Source: Octopus bimaculoides (lineage: Eukaryota). From it: DNA of 39,895 bases. The number at the start of each line of letters is the position of its first letter. Position 1 is the first letter of the stretch. Of this stretch, positions 22,906 through 35,909 are shown piece after piece. Below the pieces are notes generated by a model that was not told where the DNA came from, did no database searches, and was given only the letters and a program-made list of their open reading frames with translations. Position numbers and translations under genes: made by a program. Location: contig NC_068987.1 in the NCBI RefSeq assembly GCF_001194135.2, forward strand, positions 65,624,479-65,664,373. The letters run 5' to 3'.

Positions 22906-23481
22906 TGTATTCCTTCATTGACTTAAGTTTGCATGCTTTAATCTGTCTTTGGCCTCTATTACACGAGAATGGTCCAAAGAGAAATAAACGAGATTGCTAT
23001 AAACCTCAGAAACAATATATAATGGCGGTGTATTCAGTTATTTTACAATGCTGAATTCCGTTTCTCTTGTTATTGCATCTCGATTTCGGTGGTGTCGCTA
23101 AGACCTACTAAACTGTAGGACACTTACAAAAAAAAAAGTCTGTGTTTCTGTTCCTGCTGCTGCTCTTGTCATTATGTTGCGCTGGTGCATCTGCTCAAAT
23201 AAACCTATCTTTGTCTCGTTTGCTCGACCGCTTATACATAACGATATTATGCTTATTGCAAGCATTTCCTCCATTCAAAACTTTGTTGTGTGGTTTGTCT
23301 AAAATATTGCTGTTACTATGGAACACATTTAGATACTACGCAAAAGTAGCATAACCATTGTTGATATTATAGTTACCATTGGTTCTACCGGTATTAAAGT
23401 ATTTCCTTTAGTTAACTGAGCACTCCATCTAAAAGCAGCGTGGTTTGTCTAAAATATGGCTGCTACTGTAGAACATACCTA

Positions 23482-23857
23482 TGTTGGCACTCCGTTGCTT
23501 ACGACGTCGAGGGTTCCAGTTGATCCGATCAACGGAACAGCCTGCTCGTGAAATTAACGTGCAAGTGGCTGAGCACTCCACAGACACGTGTACCTTAACA
23601 TAATTCCCGGGGATATTCAGCGTGACACAGTGTGACAAGGCTAACCCTTTGAATTACAAGCACAGCAGAAACAGGAAGTAAGAGAGAAAGTTGTGGTGAA
23701 AGAGTACAGCAGGGTTCATCACCATCCCCTGCCGGAGCCTCGTGGAGCTTTAGGTGTTTTCGCTCAATAAACACTCACAACGCCCGGTCTGGGAATCGAA
23801 ACCGCGATGTATGACCGCGAGTCCGCTGCCCTAACCACTTGGCCATTGCGCCTCCAC
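23482..23857 (-). mobile_element. Full-length tRNA-derived SINE (family C) with 13-bp TSD
   Basis: Minus-strand head GTGGAGGCGCAATGGCCAAGTGGTTAGGGC (A box) and GGTTTCGATTCCC (B box); TSD TAGAACATACCTA at 23469-23481 and 23858-23870. Confidence 0.93.
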
Positions 23858-24632
23858 TAGAACATACCTAGATACTACGTAAAAGTAACAACTAACATTA
23901 TCTTTGTTAGTATTGTCGTATAGAGCATTGATAGAACATTAAGTGTCGAGAGTGCTACGTCCACCGCATATCTTCGAATGTTCCCAAATATTATTCTGAC
24001 AAATGTCACTCTTACATTACAATACTTTAGTGTTTGCATACTATTAAGTTGGTTACTTTAACTGTAGCAGTTTTCACGAGTCTTTGGCATGTTTGTTGTT
24101 GCAATCATCGAAGGTTACGGAAATTATGCAGCATGATAAGGCAATATAAGTTTAATTAAATATCAATATAGTCTGGAAGATTCTTAAATATTGACAGTTC
24201 TTCAACACAATCACAGTTTGCTGGCTGGTATCAAGAGAAAAGCGTAAAGGCGTTATTATTGAGTGAAGGAATGATTTTTAGCTTATGCCATGATATAACT
24301 GTTTAAAAGACTGCCATATATCTTCTAAAATAAACTTATAGCTTTTACCTTTTACTTGTTTCAGATTGGCGAATCCATTCGCAAGGTTTTGATCGGCTCA
24401 TTGACACAGTCTCAAACGGTTTCATGTTAAGACGATTGGCACTTCCTTTTATATTTTTATTTTCATGGGTAAAAATACGACCATTTTTATATTTGAGGAG
24501 CAAACAGCTATTAACGGAAGCTCATGAGAGATTAAAGTAGGGTTTTGTGCTTGGACTGTACTGGAAGAGAATACACAGACCTGCACTGCAAAGCTGCTCG
24601 CGACAGGAATTACATTCAAGATGTAAATTGAA

Positions 24633-24633
24633 A

Positions 24634-24700
<67 letters not shown>

Positions 24701-24814
24701 TTACTACTACTACTACTACTACTGCTACTGCTGCAACAACTAAGAATACTACTACTGCTATCACCATCACTATTGCTATGGTTGTTGTTATTGTTGTTGT
24801 TGCTGCTGCTGCTG

Positions 24815-24858
<44 letters not shown>

Positions 24859-24885
24859 GTTGCTGCTGCTGCTGCTGCTGCTGTT
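24633..24885. repeat. (ACT)n/(GCT)n/(GTT)n compound trinucleotide array
   Basis: Directly visible; explains the poly-T, poly-V and poly-L ORFs. Confidence 0.95.
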
Positions 24886-24944
24886 TTGTTATTTAGGAAG
24901 AATGATATATGTTCTGGGAAGAAGTACTCGAGTGGGTCAACAGG

Positions 24945-25010
24945 TTGATTCATATTTTTACTGTGGAAGCATGAAAGGTGAAATCGACTTAGAGGAGATT
25001 TGGAACTAGA
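24945..25010 (-). mobile_element. Highly degraded family B SINE fragment
   Basis: GCATGAAAGGTGAAATCGACTTAGAGGAGATTTGGAACTAGA resembles the family B core and B box. Confidence 0.5.
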
Positions 25011-26479
25011 AAAGGACAAAACGTAATAAAGAAGATGGAAAGGAAGGTAAATATATTTATTATATTGACATAAAACTTTTAACAAAAGTTGTCAGACGTT
25101 TTATAGGAAATTCCAAAACAACGATTTTTGTAGGAAGTGACCTACTGACCAGAATATGATACATGAATGCTGTAACATATCTTCAAGGTCTATCTACTCC
25201 TCAAAACTACCGACATTGTCTGTTAATGTTCTTAAATATGTTTCGAAAAAAAAGGAAAGAAACCATTTGATGATGTAATCGATTAAAATAAAATGAGACA
25301 CAAAATGAATATAATAAAGAAACGCATCATCTCTTTACTTTCAATTTGTGGTATATCTGATGAAAATAATGGATTTTTAAAAGCGAGTTGTGAGAAAGCA
25401 ATCACTTGTTTAATAGTAAGAATAGAATCTAAACGGTGATCTATAGAAAACTATTAATGGCTAAACTATTCTCAAATGAATCAATAAAGCACTTTCAAAA
25501 ATTGAAGGAAAAATAATAACAAATTATAAGTGTCGTCAACGAGCAAAGTCTGTAAATAAATTTGAATTGATTTGTGTCGAAAGCTTTTGTTTCTTTTTTC
25601 CTTTTTTTTTCCTGCTTTTTACTTTTGAGGTCAGAAAACATTGGTAACGGAAATAAAAATTCTCTGGACAGCCATGATATGGTTTGTTGAGGTTGACTTG
25701 CTGTCTGGAAAATTTAAAACCTAATATTTGTCTCCAATGAGAGGAATTATTTAAAAATTGCTATACGTAATATTATCGTTAGTTCAGTATGAATGATTCA
25801 ATGTGAACCAGGAATGTAGACGTTTAAGCGGACATCAAAATAAATAGAATATATTTTTGCTGTACATATTTCTATGTTTTTTTTTTTTTTTAGAAATTGC
25901 TTATTCTTTACGCTACGTGTCTCTTGGTCTATTGAAGATTGGGTAACCATTTAGCTTCGAGCGACTACAACGTGACTGCCGATAGATAGAGCATTTATAC
26001 TCGGATTACTGAATGGGATGCCCGATTACCAACACATAGGAGAAGGGACAAACACGAATTATGTGCAACATTCAGAAGTGTGCTAACTTTTCGTCAGCTA
26101 CAGTGTTTCGTGGAGGGATGCGGTTAAGAATAGCAAGATTCTTGTTATTTATAAAAATCTACAAAAGTTTTCTTTTTAATCAAAGCACTGGAAAAAAAAA
26201 CGGATCTAATATCTTGTGCTCATGTGGGACATAGAGAATAATCTAAGCATTTCATTACTTGAAAACCACGAATACTGTCACTGACAGATTGATATGGCTG
26301 GTAGGAGACACTGAAATGAAAACCGGTAGAAAAGAGTCATGACAATCAAGTAGAAGATACTCATAACAAGCAATCTTTAATTTGGTGAAGATATTGGTGA
26401 AATGTTAAAAAAAAAAAACAAAACAAAAAAAAACCCCGGGAAAATGATCAAAATCATAACTTGTTTCATAGTGTACGGG

Positions 26480-26610
26480 TGAACTGGCAGAGTTGTTTCA
26501 GCATCGGATAAAATACCATACAGTATTTGTCTCAACACTGCGCTCAGAGTTCAAATACTACTGGAGAAAACTTCGATTTTTTTCCTTCTGGATCGATAAA
26601 AATGGACCAA
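26480..26610 (+). mobile_element. Highly degraded family B SINE
   Basis: ACTGGCAGAGTTGTTTCAGCA...GAGTTCAAATAC...CCTTCTGGATCGATAAAAAT. Confidence 0.5.
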
Positions 26611-27399
26611 AACCAAACGGTATAGATTATAGTGTGTAACATTTGGACCAGACGCTTTGTGTTATTATTACCGCCTCTTTGAATTCTGTGTTCAAATCTC
26701 TCCATAGTCTACTCGGGCACTAGGCTAAGATGAGGTTTATTCACTACACGGTATCACACTATGACCAAGAACTTTGGGTACTTTCAACGGTGCCTATTCA
26801 GTTGCAAGCATTCGAGCCAGACTGGTCTCCTTCCACCCATCCAGCCAGTCTGGGAAGTCCTTTAAAACCTCATCGACTCCTCCGTTCCTTCTGACTAAGT
26901 TCATAATGAGAGGGCATGTTTGTAGTGTAAGTTAGTTGCTTGATAATCATTGTTTCAGGTAAAATGCAGGTGATAGAATACATCTAGGGGCCACTCATAA
27001 GCATTTTGGATTAGTGTTAACCAAAGCTAAAAGTCGGCTTTATTACAATGATCATGAGAGCATAAAAGCTAAAACTCGAAGAAATCGTGGCTGAATGCGG
27101 ATTCTCAGAGAAACTAATATCATAATCAGCACATTTCAGTTGAAGGAAATATTAGGAAGAACAAAATTTTTAAAAACATCCTGACATTTAAGGAATGAAG
27201 AGTCGTTGTAGAAAGGTCACTAGAAAAATGTCGGGTTACCAAATCATCTATATTTTATTTTTCCGTCTCTATAAAGAACTTCCTTTTCTCAGTATCATCT
27301 TTTCTCTGTATAAATAATTCGCTAACAGGTGGCTGCTAAAAGTACTGTCATAGATCCATTGTAACACAATGTTCTTGCTAAAAGTATAAACAATGTGAT

Positions 27400-27630
27400 C
27401 GGCAGGAAGGGCTGTCTTACGTTATTTATAAAACGTTGATGTTGCTCACGAACCAATGAAAGAGTCCTTACATGGTCGTTCGGTCTGCAAGAAATAGTAG
27501 CCACATAATTCTAAAACCACATTCTACCGACTTCAAAAAGGAGGAATAAATCAGATTACAGTCACTAATATACAAAAATATGTAAGGTTTTGACCATAGG
27601 TTTGTTCGATCAAACTACAATCACAACACA
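27400..27630 (+). mobile_element. Old SINE (family D) body and tail
   Basis: GGTCGTTCGGTCTGCAAGAAATAGTAGCCA and TTTGACCATAGGTTTGTTCGATCA shared with other fragments in the window. Confidence 0.5.
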
Positions 27631-29125
27631 GACAGTAGCAACAGCAATAACTACAATTGACATTGAGTACACCCACAAAAGAAATCTCGGTAGATTATTC
27701 TCATCAGAACTTCCGCCAAGCGCTAATATAAATTGCGGGCATGGCTAGTTCAGAAGGAAAAATCATATACCATTGCAGTGGTTGTTCCGCGGGAGATAAC
27801 ATTTTCATTGAGCCTCAGTTAAATGAGAACATATATGGACAGCTGCCTTGAAATATGTAGCTTCGTTATACATTTACATTTGTACCAGTAATTATTGCTT
27901 CACTTGTTCCCAATGTTTCCGAACATTTAACAGTAATTTTAGAAAACTATGGTTTCAAACAAAGACAATCTATTTCAAGACCAACCATTTAAACTCTTAT
28001 AGCGCGCAGGCAATTCAATCTGTAAGTATAAATGTAAAAATGTAAAATATGTCTGAAGTTTAGAATGTAAATCTGTACTTTTGTTCATGGCTAACATTTA
28101 ACAATAAAGCTTGGTTTCTAAGTAAAAGACATTGCGTTTTATGGAGTGAATTCAAACAATAAATAAAAATAAATCCATTCATGTAACCATCAATAACTCT
28201 AAATTCCTTATCTTATAACATATTAGTGACTATGCTGGCAACACGGATAATAACGGATACTGATTTCGAAGATGTAACTGAGATAAATATCCTTTTCGTT
28301 CAAAATACCAGATAGACGTGATAAAGCGGTCGAAATATTTAAAACATTTTGTAAATTCTTTTTGAATTAACACTGAAAGTATTCCAAGTAAAGAATATCA
28401 TTTTTTTAAAAGATTTAAGATTAGAAACTAAAATATTATGATATGAGGCTATGCAAAATGACGTATTTTCAACATTAATGTTAGAAATTTGATAGTTTTC
28501 GTAACATTTTTCTTTTTTCTTTCTTTCTATTTTTATAAATGGAAGAATGAAACTGTCTATAGTGGCAATAAATGATTTAATAGCGTCTCTGATAAGTTTC
28601 ATATTTTGATTTAAATTCAAACCATTGATCGAAACCTGATTAGATATGAAAATGGTATTTTCCTGAAAGGATAGTATGTCTAACGAACGTATTACGGTGC
28701 GTATATTTAGCTACTCGCTACACATTTGTATTTTGTTGTCGTATTGTTGCTGTAGAGCTTATTGTTACCAAGAGTTTTATGAAATCTATACAATGAAATA
28801 CTCAAGACTGATTGACTGAGATTTTGCTGTGAAGTTTATGAAGCTTATGATAATATATTTTTTCTTTTTAGTTTTGGGGGATTCCGCTATTATCATATTT
28901 CTTTATAATCATAAATTTCAAATTTTCAGTATTTACATGAGAGTTAGAATTGCTCATTGTTGTGATTGCTGTTCTTGTTACTGCTACTGCTGCTTAGACT
29001 CACATGTCGAGGTTCGGACAACGTTGTGTGGTTAAGCTGTTCGAATTGGGATCTATATAGTTTCGCAATCTATTCTACTGCACGCCTTATGGAGCAAAGA
29101 TCTATCATAGCCTTGGATTTTAATA

Positions 29126-29300
29126 TTTTACTTGTTTCAGTCACTGAACTGAGGCAATGCTGCAGCGTCGCCATACAGGGTTATTCGAAAAAATACACAC
29201 CAGTGGATATTTTAAGACTGGTACTTGTTTTATAGATTTCTTTTACTGATCGATTAGGTTGCAGGGATGTAAACAAACCAAAGCTGGTCAAAAGGTGTGG
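29126..29300 (-). mobile_element. Family A SINE 3' half, degraded
   Basis: TTTTACTTGTTTCAGTCA...GCAATGCTGCAGCGTCGCC...GGGATGTAAACAAACC aligns with 37083-37250. Confidence 0.75.
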
Positions 29301-29339
29301 GAACAAAAATATGTAGTTGTGGACGTATGTATACTTGTT

Positions 29340-30170
29340 TTGTCTGTATATGCTTGTTTTTTTTGTATGGATACATTAACATACGCACATATACGTATAT
29401 ATATATATATATCCGTGTATATATATATATGTGTATATTTCTGTATGTTTTTTATATATGATTTTTCTTTGGTGTATTTACATGTACATATGCATCTTTA
29501 TTCTTTTTGTTTTCGGGTGGATGTACATATATTATCTGTTTTGGATGTATAGGTGCATAAATGTGTGTATGTGTTTATTTTGTATATATATATATATGCG
29601 TGTATATGCACGTATATATATGCGTGTGCATATGCTTATATATATGTATATGTATGCGTGTGTATGCATGTTTTTTGTTAGCATGTGTGTATGTCTTTGT
29701 ATGTATGTATTTACATATATGTATGTATATATGTGAGTACATGTGTGTGTATATGTATGAGTGTATGTATATATATATATTTATATATATGTATATATAT
29801 GTGTATATATGTACATATATATGTACGTGTGTGCGTGTACTGGTACGTGCATAATTATGTTTTATGTATGTTTGTAGGTGTGTGTATGTATATATGTAAG
29901 TGTATATGTATATATATATGTATGTGTAGGTGTATATATATGCATGTATGTGTGTACGTGTATATATTTGTATGTGTATGTTTGTGTTTATATGTATGTA
30001 TACTTATATACGTCTTACGTGAATACGTGCTTCTATGTTTTACTTGTCGTATCATCTCTCACATACTCCTGTATGTGTATATGTGGGTGTATGCACGTTT
30101 TTTTGTATGTATATGTGTATGACTGTATATCTTCATGTGTTAAGTGTATACATTTTGTCTATCATTTGTA
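29340..30170. repeat. About 830-bp degenerate (TA/TG/TATG)n low-complexity tract
   Basis: Directly visible; source of the overlapping Y/I/C/V/M pseudo-ORFs. Confidence 0.93.
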
Positions 30171-32336
30171 AATTTATAATAATTTTCTCCTTGATATATT
30201 CGTTTTTGTTCCTACTTTTTCTGATTCTCTCCCTTACCCCAGGATAGTTTTTGAGTAAGGCATTACACCGGCCGGTCTTGCCTGTGATCGATAGTTTTCC
30301 TTGTTAAGTTCTCTTTATTTTTTTCTCTGCTTGTATGTACATTTTTACTTAAATATTCTGTTTTCAAACGTAGTCTTGCCTATCACTTTTAACCTCGTGT
30401 AATATATNNNNNNNNNNNNNNNNNNNNNNNNNNNNNNNNNNNNNNNNNNNNNNNNNNNNNNNNNNNNNNNNNNNNNNNNNNNNNNNNNNNNNNNNNNNNN
30501 NNNNNNNNNNNNNNNNNNNNNNNNNNNNNNNNNNNNNNNNNNNNNNNNNNNNNNNNNNNNNNNNNNNNNNNNNNNNNNNNNNNNNNNNNNNNNNNNNNNN
30601 NNNNNNNNNNNNNNNNNNNNNNNNNNNNNNNNNNNNNNNNNNNNNNNNNNNNNNNNNNNNNNNNNNNNNNNNNNNNNNNNNNNNNNNNNNNNNNNNNNNN
30701 NNNNNNNNNNNNNNNNNNNNNNNNNNNNNNNNNNNNNNNNNNNNNNNNNNNNNNNNNNNNNNNNNNNNNNNNNNNNNNNNNNNNNNNNNNNNNNNNNNNN
30801 NNNNNNNNNNNNNNNNNNNNNNNNNNNNNNNNNNNNNNNNNNNNNNNNNNNNNNNNNNNNNNNNNNNNNNNNNNNNNNNNNNNNNNNNNNNNNNNNNNNN
30901 NNNNNNNNNNNNNNNNNNNNNNNNNNNTATATATATATACATATATATATACATATATATATACATATATATATATGTATATAAATATATATACATATGT
31001 ATATATGCATATATACGTGCATACACGCATAACTACACACGCATATATACATAGATGCACACATACACACATTTATATATATGTATATGAGTATGTATGT
31101 GTGTGATTTTATGTGTATAGAAGCGTGGTGTATGTTCCTGTGTGTATGTAAATGAAAGTCCGTATGTGAGCAAGTATGTATAAGTATCTAAGTTCTTATA
31201 TATATATTGCATTCTATCACAAATACGAAGACACGCATTGATAAGATTTCATAGACTATAAGTTTCTGGGGTTCATCATGCCTTATGTGTAGGTCTATAA
31301 GCAGGTCGAGTGATCATGCAGAGGATACCCAGCTACAAATGGATAAAGTCAACGTATCAGACACTGATCGTTGTAGTAGGAAAATGTATCGCTTGCGGCA
31401 CGTAGAAACTGGAGAGGCCATAAGCTCTGTTTGAATCCCTATAATTTTTCTTTCAATGAGAAAAGTATGAATGTCACAACCTCATCTCGCATTATGGATG
31501 AATCGGACGAAGTAACATCGCGTAAACGAAACGACGTGAAAAGCATAGTGAGGCAAACATAGATAAACCAGTCGAGGTGGCCATCGCAAAATCGGACTAG
31601 ATAAGCATGGATAAAATATATGTGGTAAAAGTGGATATATAAAATGGACAAGGCATCCATCGATAAACCGTGCATAGCAACCATAAAATTAATGAAGTAA
31701 GTATGAATAAAGCGGGTAAAATAACAACGGCCAAAAAGAGGGACGTTGAAATAAACTAGGCAAGCTATTAATCAATAATCCTGATGTCGTAACCGTAGTT
31801 AAAACTGATGAGATATGCACACAAAAACTGGACGATGAAAACGACAAAATGATGTGTAATTAAATAATAGTCGTCAGCGAAGATTCCAGTATTTTCTTTC
31901 TAGTAATTGCTTGCTTTCTAGTTTTCGCAACACTAAATTTCATAATGGAAGCGCTTCACTAGAGTATCGATCGGTTTATTATTTTGATATAAACCAATGA
32001 TTTTATAGCTATAACAGCAGCACATCGACATTCAGGGTCTCTTGACGTCGATCGAACTAATATTGATGTGTAGCAAATTACTGCCACCTCATACGGTTTC
32101 GTGATATTAAAGTTAATGTTGAGGTCAGGTCAAAGTCTTTAAAATATTGGCTTACACTCTAAACCAAAACAAACCTCCATCAACAATTGAATTGATTTTA
32201 GTACACCAGCATACATACACACAACACACAGCGTACTCATATGCACAAAATAGGCAATAGCAAATACACCCATACACATATACGTACACTCATGCACATA
32301 TACGTACACTCATGCACATAGATACATACACACACA

Positions 32337-32386
<50 letters not shown>

Positions 32387-33414
32387 TCATTACATTTAAT
32401 TAAAACTTCAGTGTATATGTGTATGTGTGTATGTGTGTCCTTGTCAAAAAATTANNNNNNNNNNGACAACAAAACATCCAGACAGACGATACGAAGAAAA
32501 CAAGGACGGGTCATTCGGAGTTTTCCTTCCTCAGTCGAGTTCCAGATTATCTTTGCAATTTCAACTGGTTATACTCGAGATTGCTCCAATCTGGCCACCT
32601 CCAAAGAAAAACTATATTTTAAAATTAAACTTGTATATTAGATATACAAGTTTAATTTTTAAATTTTAGTCCAATATATATATATAAATTTTAATTTTAC
32701 ATTTTATCTATGGGTCTTTTATATTGGTGTAAATAAGTTTAAATGTACTTTACCATAGTATTTTAAATTAATGCCACTTTATTGTTTTGGTATACTGCCT
32801 TAATTGATTATTTACATTATTATACACTATGTCATTTTATTTCATTATTTAATTTATAATTAGCCTTTTTATTCGCATATTAATTAAGCTAAGTATTTGA
32901 AATTTAGCATATGTAAAACAATACTGATACATTATTTTTATTAATGAAAACTATGAATAACCATTTACTGTTTCTGTATGCAATATAGCAATTTTATTTT
33001 TTATATACGTTTGACCCAAGTGCTATATGATAAGACTTCCTCTGTTTCATTATAAACTGGTGTGCTAGTAGAGAACTCCCCCATCCTATAGTAGTTTGTC
33101 ACCAAACCCTAAGACATTTTATACCTATATCATCCATATTTACTGTCTATACTGTTTACCCTAAAAAAATGCTATTGTTCTCTTGAATCTCTAGGTCTGA
33201 TAAGATAGTCCATAAATCAGAACCAAAAAAACAAATAAAATCAGTGACAGTTAAAATCTGCTTAGAATGTTTATTTACTAGCCTGTATGGTCTGGCTAAG
33301 TCAAAATGATTTTTTGTATTCCTCCTTTCTATTTGGAGAATTTAGATTTAATTATAAAAATATGCCCTTCTTTTCAAATTGAATTTCATTAAATTTCTAA
33401 ATTTCTATGTCTTT

Positions 33415-33504
33415 GTGCAGCTGAAGATTGCTCTACATTGTATATTTGATGTAATGTTTACATTGTTCAATTAAATGGAGTCGCATGAAACGATCGTACT
33501 GCAT
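33415..33504 (+). ncRNA. Candidate type I hammerhead ribozyme (Penelope/retrozyme-like)
   Basis: Stem I GUGCAG (33415-20) / CUGCAU (33499-504); core CUGAAGA (33421-27) and GAA (33487-89); palindromic stem III ACGAUCGU (33490-97); GUA cleavage triplet (33496-98); stem II imperfect with a long insert. Confidence 0.68.
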
Positions 33505-33673
33505 TACATTTGGATATTCTTATTGCTTAGTTTTTATTTTAGTTACATTATTTTGAAACTGTATGGATAATACCATACTAAATTCTGGTGCCTAAACTTA
33601 AGTACCATATTCACCCGAATCTATATGTATATATATGTATATATATATGTATGTATATGTATGTATACATACA

Positions 33674-35560
33674 TGTTCTGACGCTAGTCAGAAAGGACCC
33701 GGACAAGCGGGATTCTATTGTTAATTTTAGGGCCATCACTTTGTTAAACACAAAACTGAAGATGTTAGCCAAGGTGTTAGCAAAAAGGTTTGCGCGTGTC
33801 GCGGATGGTTTGGTCAAGGAGGCACAGACATGTGCCATTCCTGGCAGAACCATTCAGAATAATCTCCACCTTCTACGCTACACCTTAGAGGGATTCAATA
33901 GTAAACTTGGCAAGGGTGGGGCACTGGTCCATTTAGACCAAACTAAAGCTTTCGATAGGGTTGACCATCGTTACCTGGTGTCGGTTCTCGCGCAGTTCGG
34001 CCTGAATCTTGTCTTCGTTAGATGGATCATATCAGTATATAACAACATCGACTCGATCGTTCGGGTGAACGGTTTTCTTTCAAAGCCGTTCTGTATCAAA
34101 CGCTCGGTTCGCCAAGGGTGTCTACTCTACCCGCTTTTGTATGTGCTGACTCTTGAGCCATTGCTGCGAAAGTTGAGTGACATCTCGAAGGAGATAGGTT
34201 GTGGAAAATCGGTTTCAGCATACGCGGATGACATCACCATCATCGTGACCGAAATGGAACACCTACAGAAGGTAGGCGAGGCCATTAAGGATTACGAAAC
34301 GGTGACAGGAGCAAAGATTAATCGTGTAAAGTCAGTCGGCTTGCAGCTCAGCACCTGGAGAAGCAAGTCGATGCATCCTGACAGCGTCGTGGGACGTTAG
34401 ACGGAGTGTCCGATAAAGTTGTTAGGGGTCTGGTTTGGTCCGGACCTCCAAATAGGTGAGGTGTTGAGCAGGGTGACCCACGTAGTCAAGACCTGGTCTT
34501 GGCGGTGGCTATCCCTGAAGGGGAGGGAGGAGGTGGCCAATGTGTTTATCACATCGGTCATCATTTTCTGCCTAACCGTCGTTCCTTGCCCTGATTCGTG
34601 GTTAATCAAGCTGGAAATACAGCTCTTCCACTTCTTGTGGAGGAGCTCGAAACCGCTTGTTGAAAGCTCTATTTGCTGTCAAGAACCGTTAAAGGGTGGA
34701 CTAGGTATGCCTTGGCTGTTGATGAGCAGACATGCGCTGAGGTTGAGGCATCTGTGGCTCCACCTGGATGGTGAGCGGGTGTAGTCTACACTTGGGAAAC
34801 AGATATTTCCCAAGTTCACTAGTTTCGGTTGACGGGAAACCTGGTTNNNNNNNNNNTTCCCAAGTTCACTAGTTTCGGTTGACGGGAAACCTGGTTCTAT
34901 CGTAGATCGAAGTTGGGTACATGGTTTACGGAGTGTCGTAAGGCTCTCCTGCTATTTTGTCGCTCGGGTAATGCCAGTGGTGGTGGTTCAACCGCATCTT
35001 TCTATAAAGGTTGGTAGAGTCAGAATGTGACGATACCTTAGGGGAAACCCTAGGTCTCGATGATAATCAGCTGTAGGGTCGAAGACTCTGAATAACTTTC
35101 AGAAGTCTCTGGCTTGGCAGTGTTACCGAGGAGCCTTGCGCATTCAAGATAAGCTTACAAGACACGGTTGCCACGACCCATCGACTTGTCCAAGATGCGA
35201 TCAGTGCTCGGAGGTGTCGGACGTGTGAGTTTATTGTGATCAACTGTTGTCTAGTACAAGAAGAGTACAGCTGTCGTCTGAGTGAATTCTAAAAATTGAC
35301 CCACCTGGTTCCTTATCGAAAGAGGGTAAGAATTGTTTTCTCGTAGTAGTAGCAATTGCGAAAGAGGTGATATGGAAGACTAGAGTGAAAGGACTGAAGG
35401 CAGGTCGCTTCATCTCTAGCCCTGCACTGGTGAATTATTTCACTTTTTACCTGAAAAAAAACAGGGCTAGAGAGAAGTTAACTGTCGGCGAAAATGTTCA
35501 CTAGTCAACGGATGAATGTAGCACGGATGTTGCGAATGAGTGTAACCACATGAATACGAT
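33674..35560 (+). pseudogene. Tx1-like ORF2 reverse transcriptase pseudogene
   Basis: NFRAITLLN, LDQTKAFDRVDH, RQGCLLYPLLY, YADD, KINRVKS, LLGVWFGP, KGGLGMP, AWQCYRGAL...CPRC; in-frame TAG stops at 34398 and 34782, later frameshifts. Confidence 0.92.
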
Positions 35561-35780
35561 GAAAGACTTACCTCTGGTATCAGTGGCAAAACGGGGCTTG
35601 TGGGGTCCAAGCTTAACCCATCTCCCCACTCATTTGTATTGTCTTATGTTGTCCTATCATCTGATTTTATATTTATTGTAATTTTTAAACCCATTGTATA
35701 TGTTGTTCTCATCTGTGTGTCCGACCCCAGATTAGATTGTGTTGTCCCCTCTATGTTGGCCCCTTGTGGGTAATAAAAAA
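33674..35780 (+). mobile_element. 5'-truncated Tx1/L1-clade LINE (RT, zf-RVT-like region, 3' UTR)
   Basis: RT starts abruptly after a (TATG)n tract; ends ...GCCCCTTGTGGGTAATAAAAAA. Confidence 0.9.
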
Positions 35781-35909
35781 TCAGGTTTATGATGTGCTAC
35801 ACACCAGACGTCGAAATGAATGCAGAACAACGTGAGATGAAGTGTTTTTTTTTTCTCAAGAGGGCAACGCGCTACCCTATTAGGGAATTGAAACAACGAT
35901 TTTATGGCC

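Noticed and set aside
23780-23857. tRNA gene calls at SINE heads (also 21757, 38472 and 38605)
   Set aside because: A and B boxes are present, but there is no complete cloverleaf or acceptor stem, and each head continues into SINE body.
31800-31860. CTGATGAG...GAAA hammerhead-like cores
   Set aside because: No supporting stems I, II or III.
32490-32545. Second hammerhead-like motif on the minus strand (CUGAGGA-AGGAAAACUCC-GAAU)
   Set aside because: A15.1 is missing, there is an unpaired base before stem II, and stem I cannot be formed. At best it is a dead terminal-repeat relic.
33620-33674. Microsatellite target specificity of the Tx1 element
   Set aside because: The (TATG)n tract is only on the 5' side; the 3' flank is not microsatellite and no TSD is visible.
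34807-34896. Perfect 40-bp direct repeat flanking a 10-N gap inside the LINE
   Set aside because: Identical sequence on both sides of a minimal gap is most likely unmerged contig overlap, not a biological duplication.
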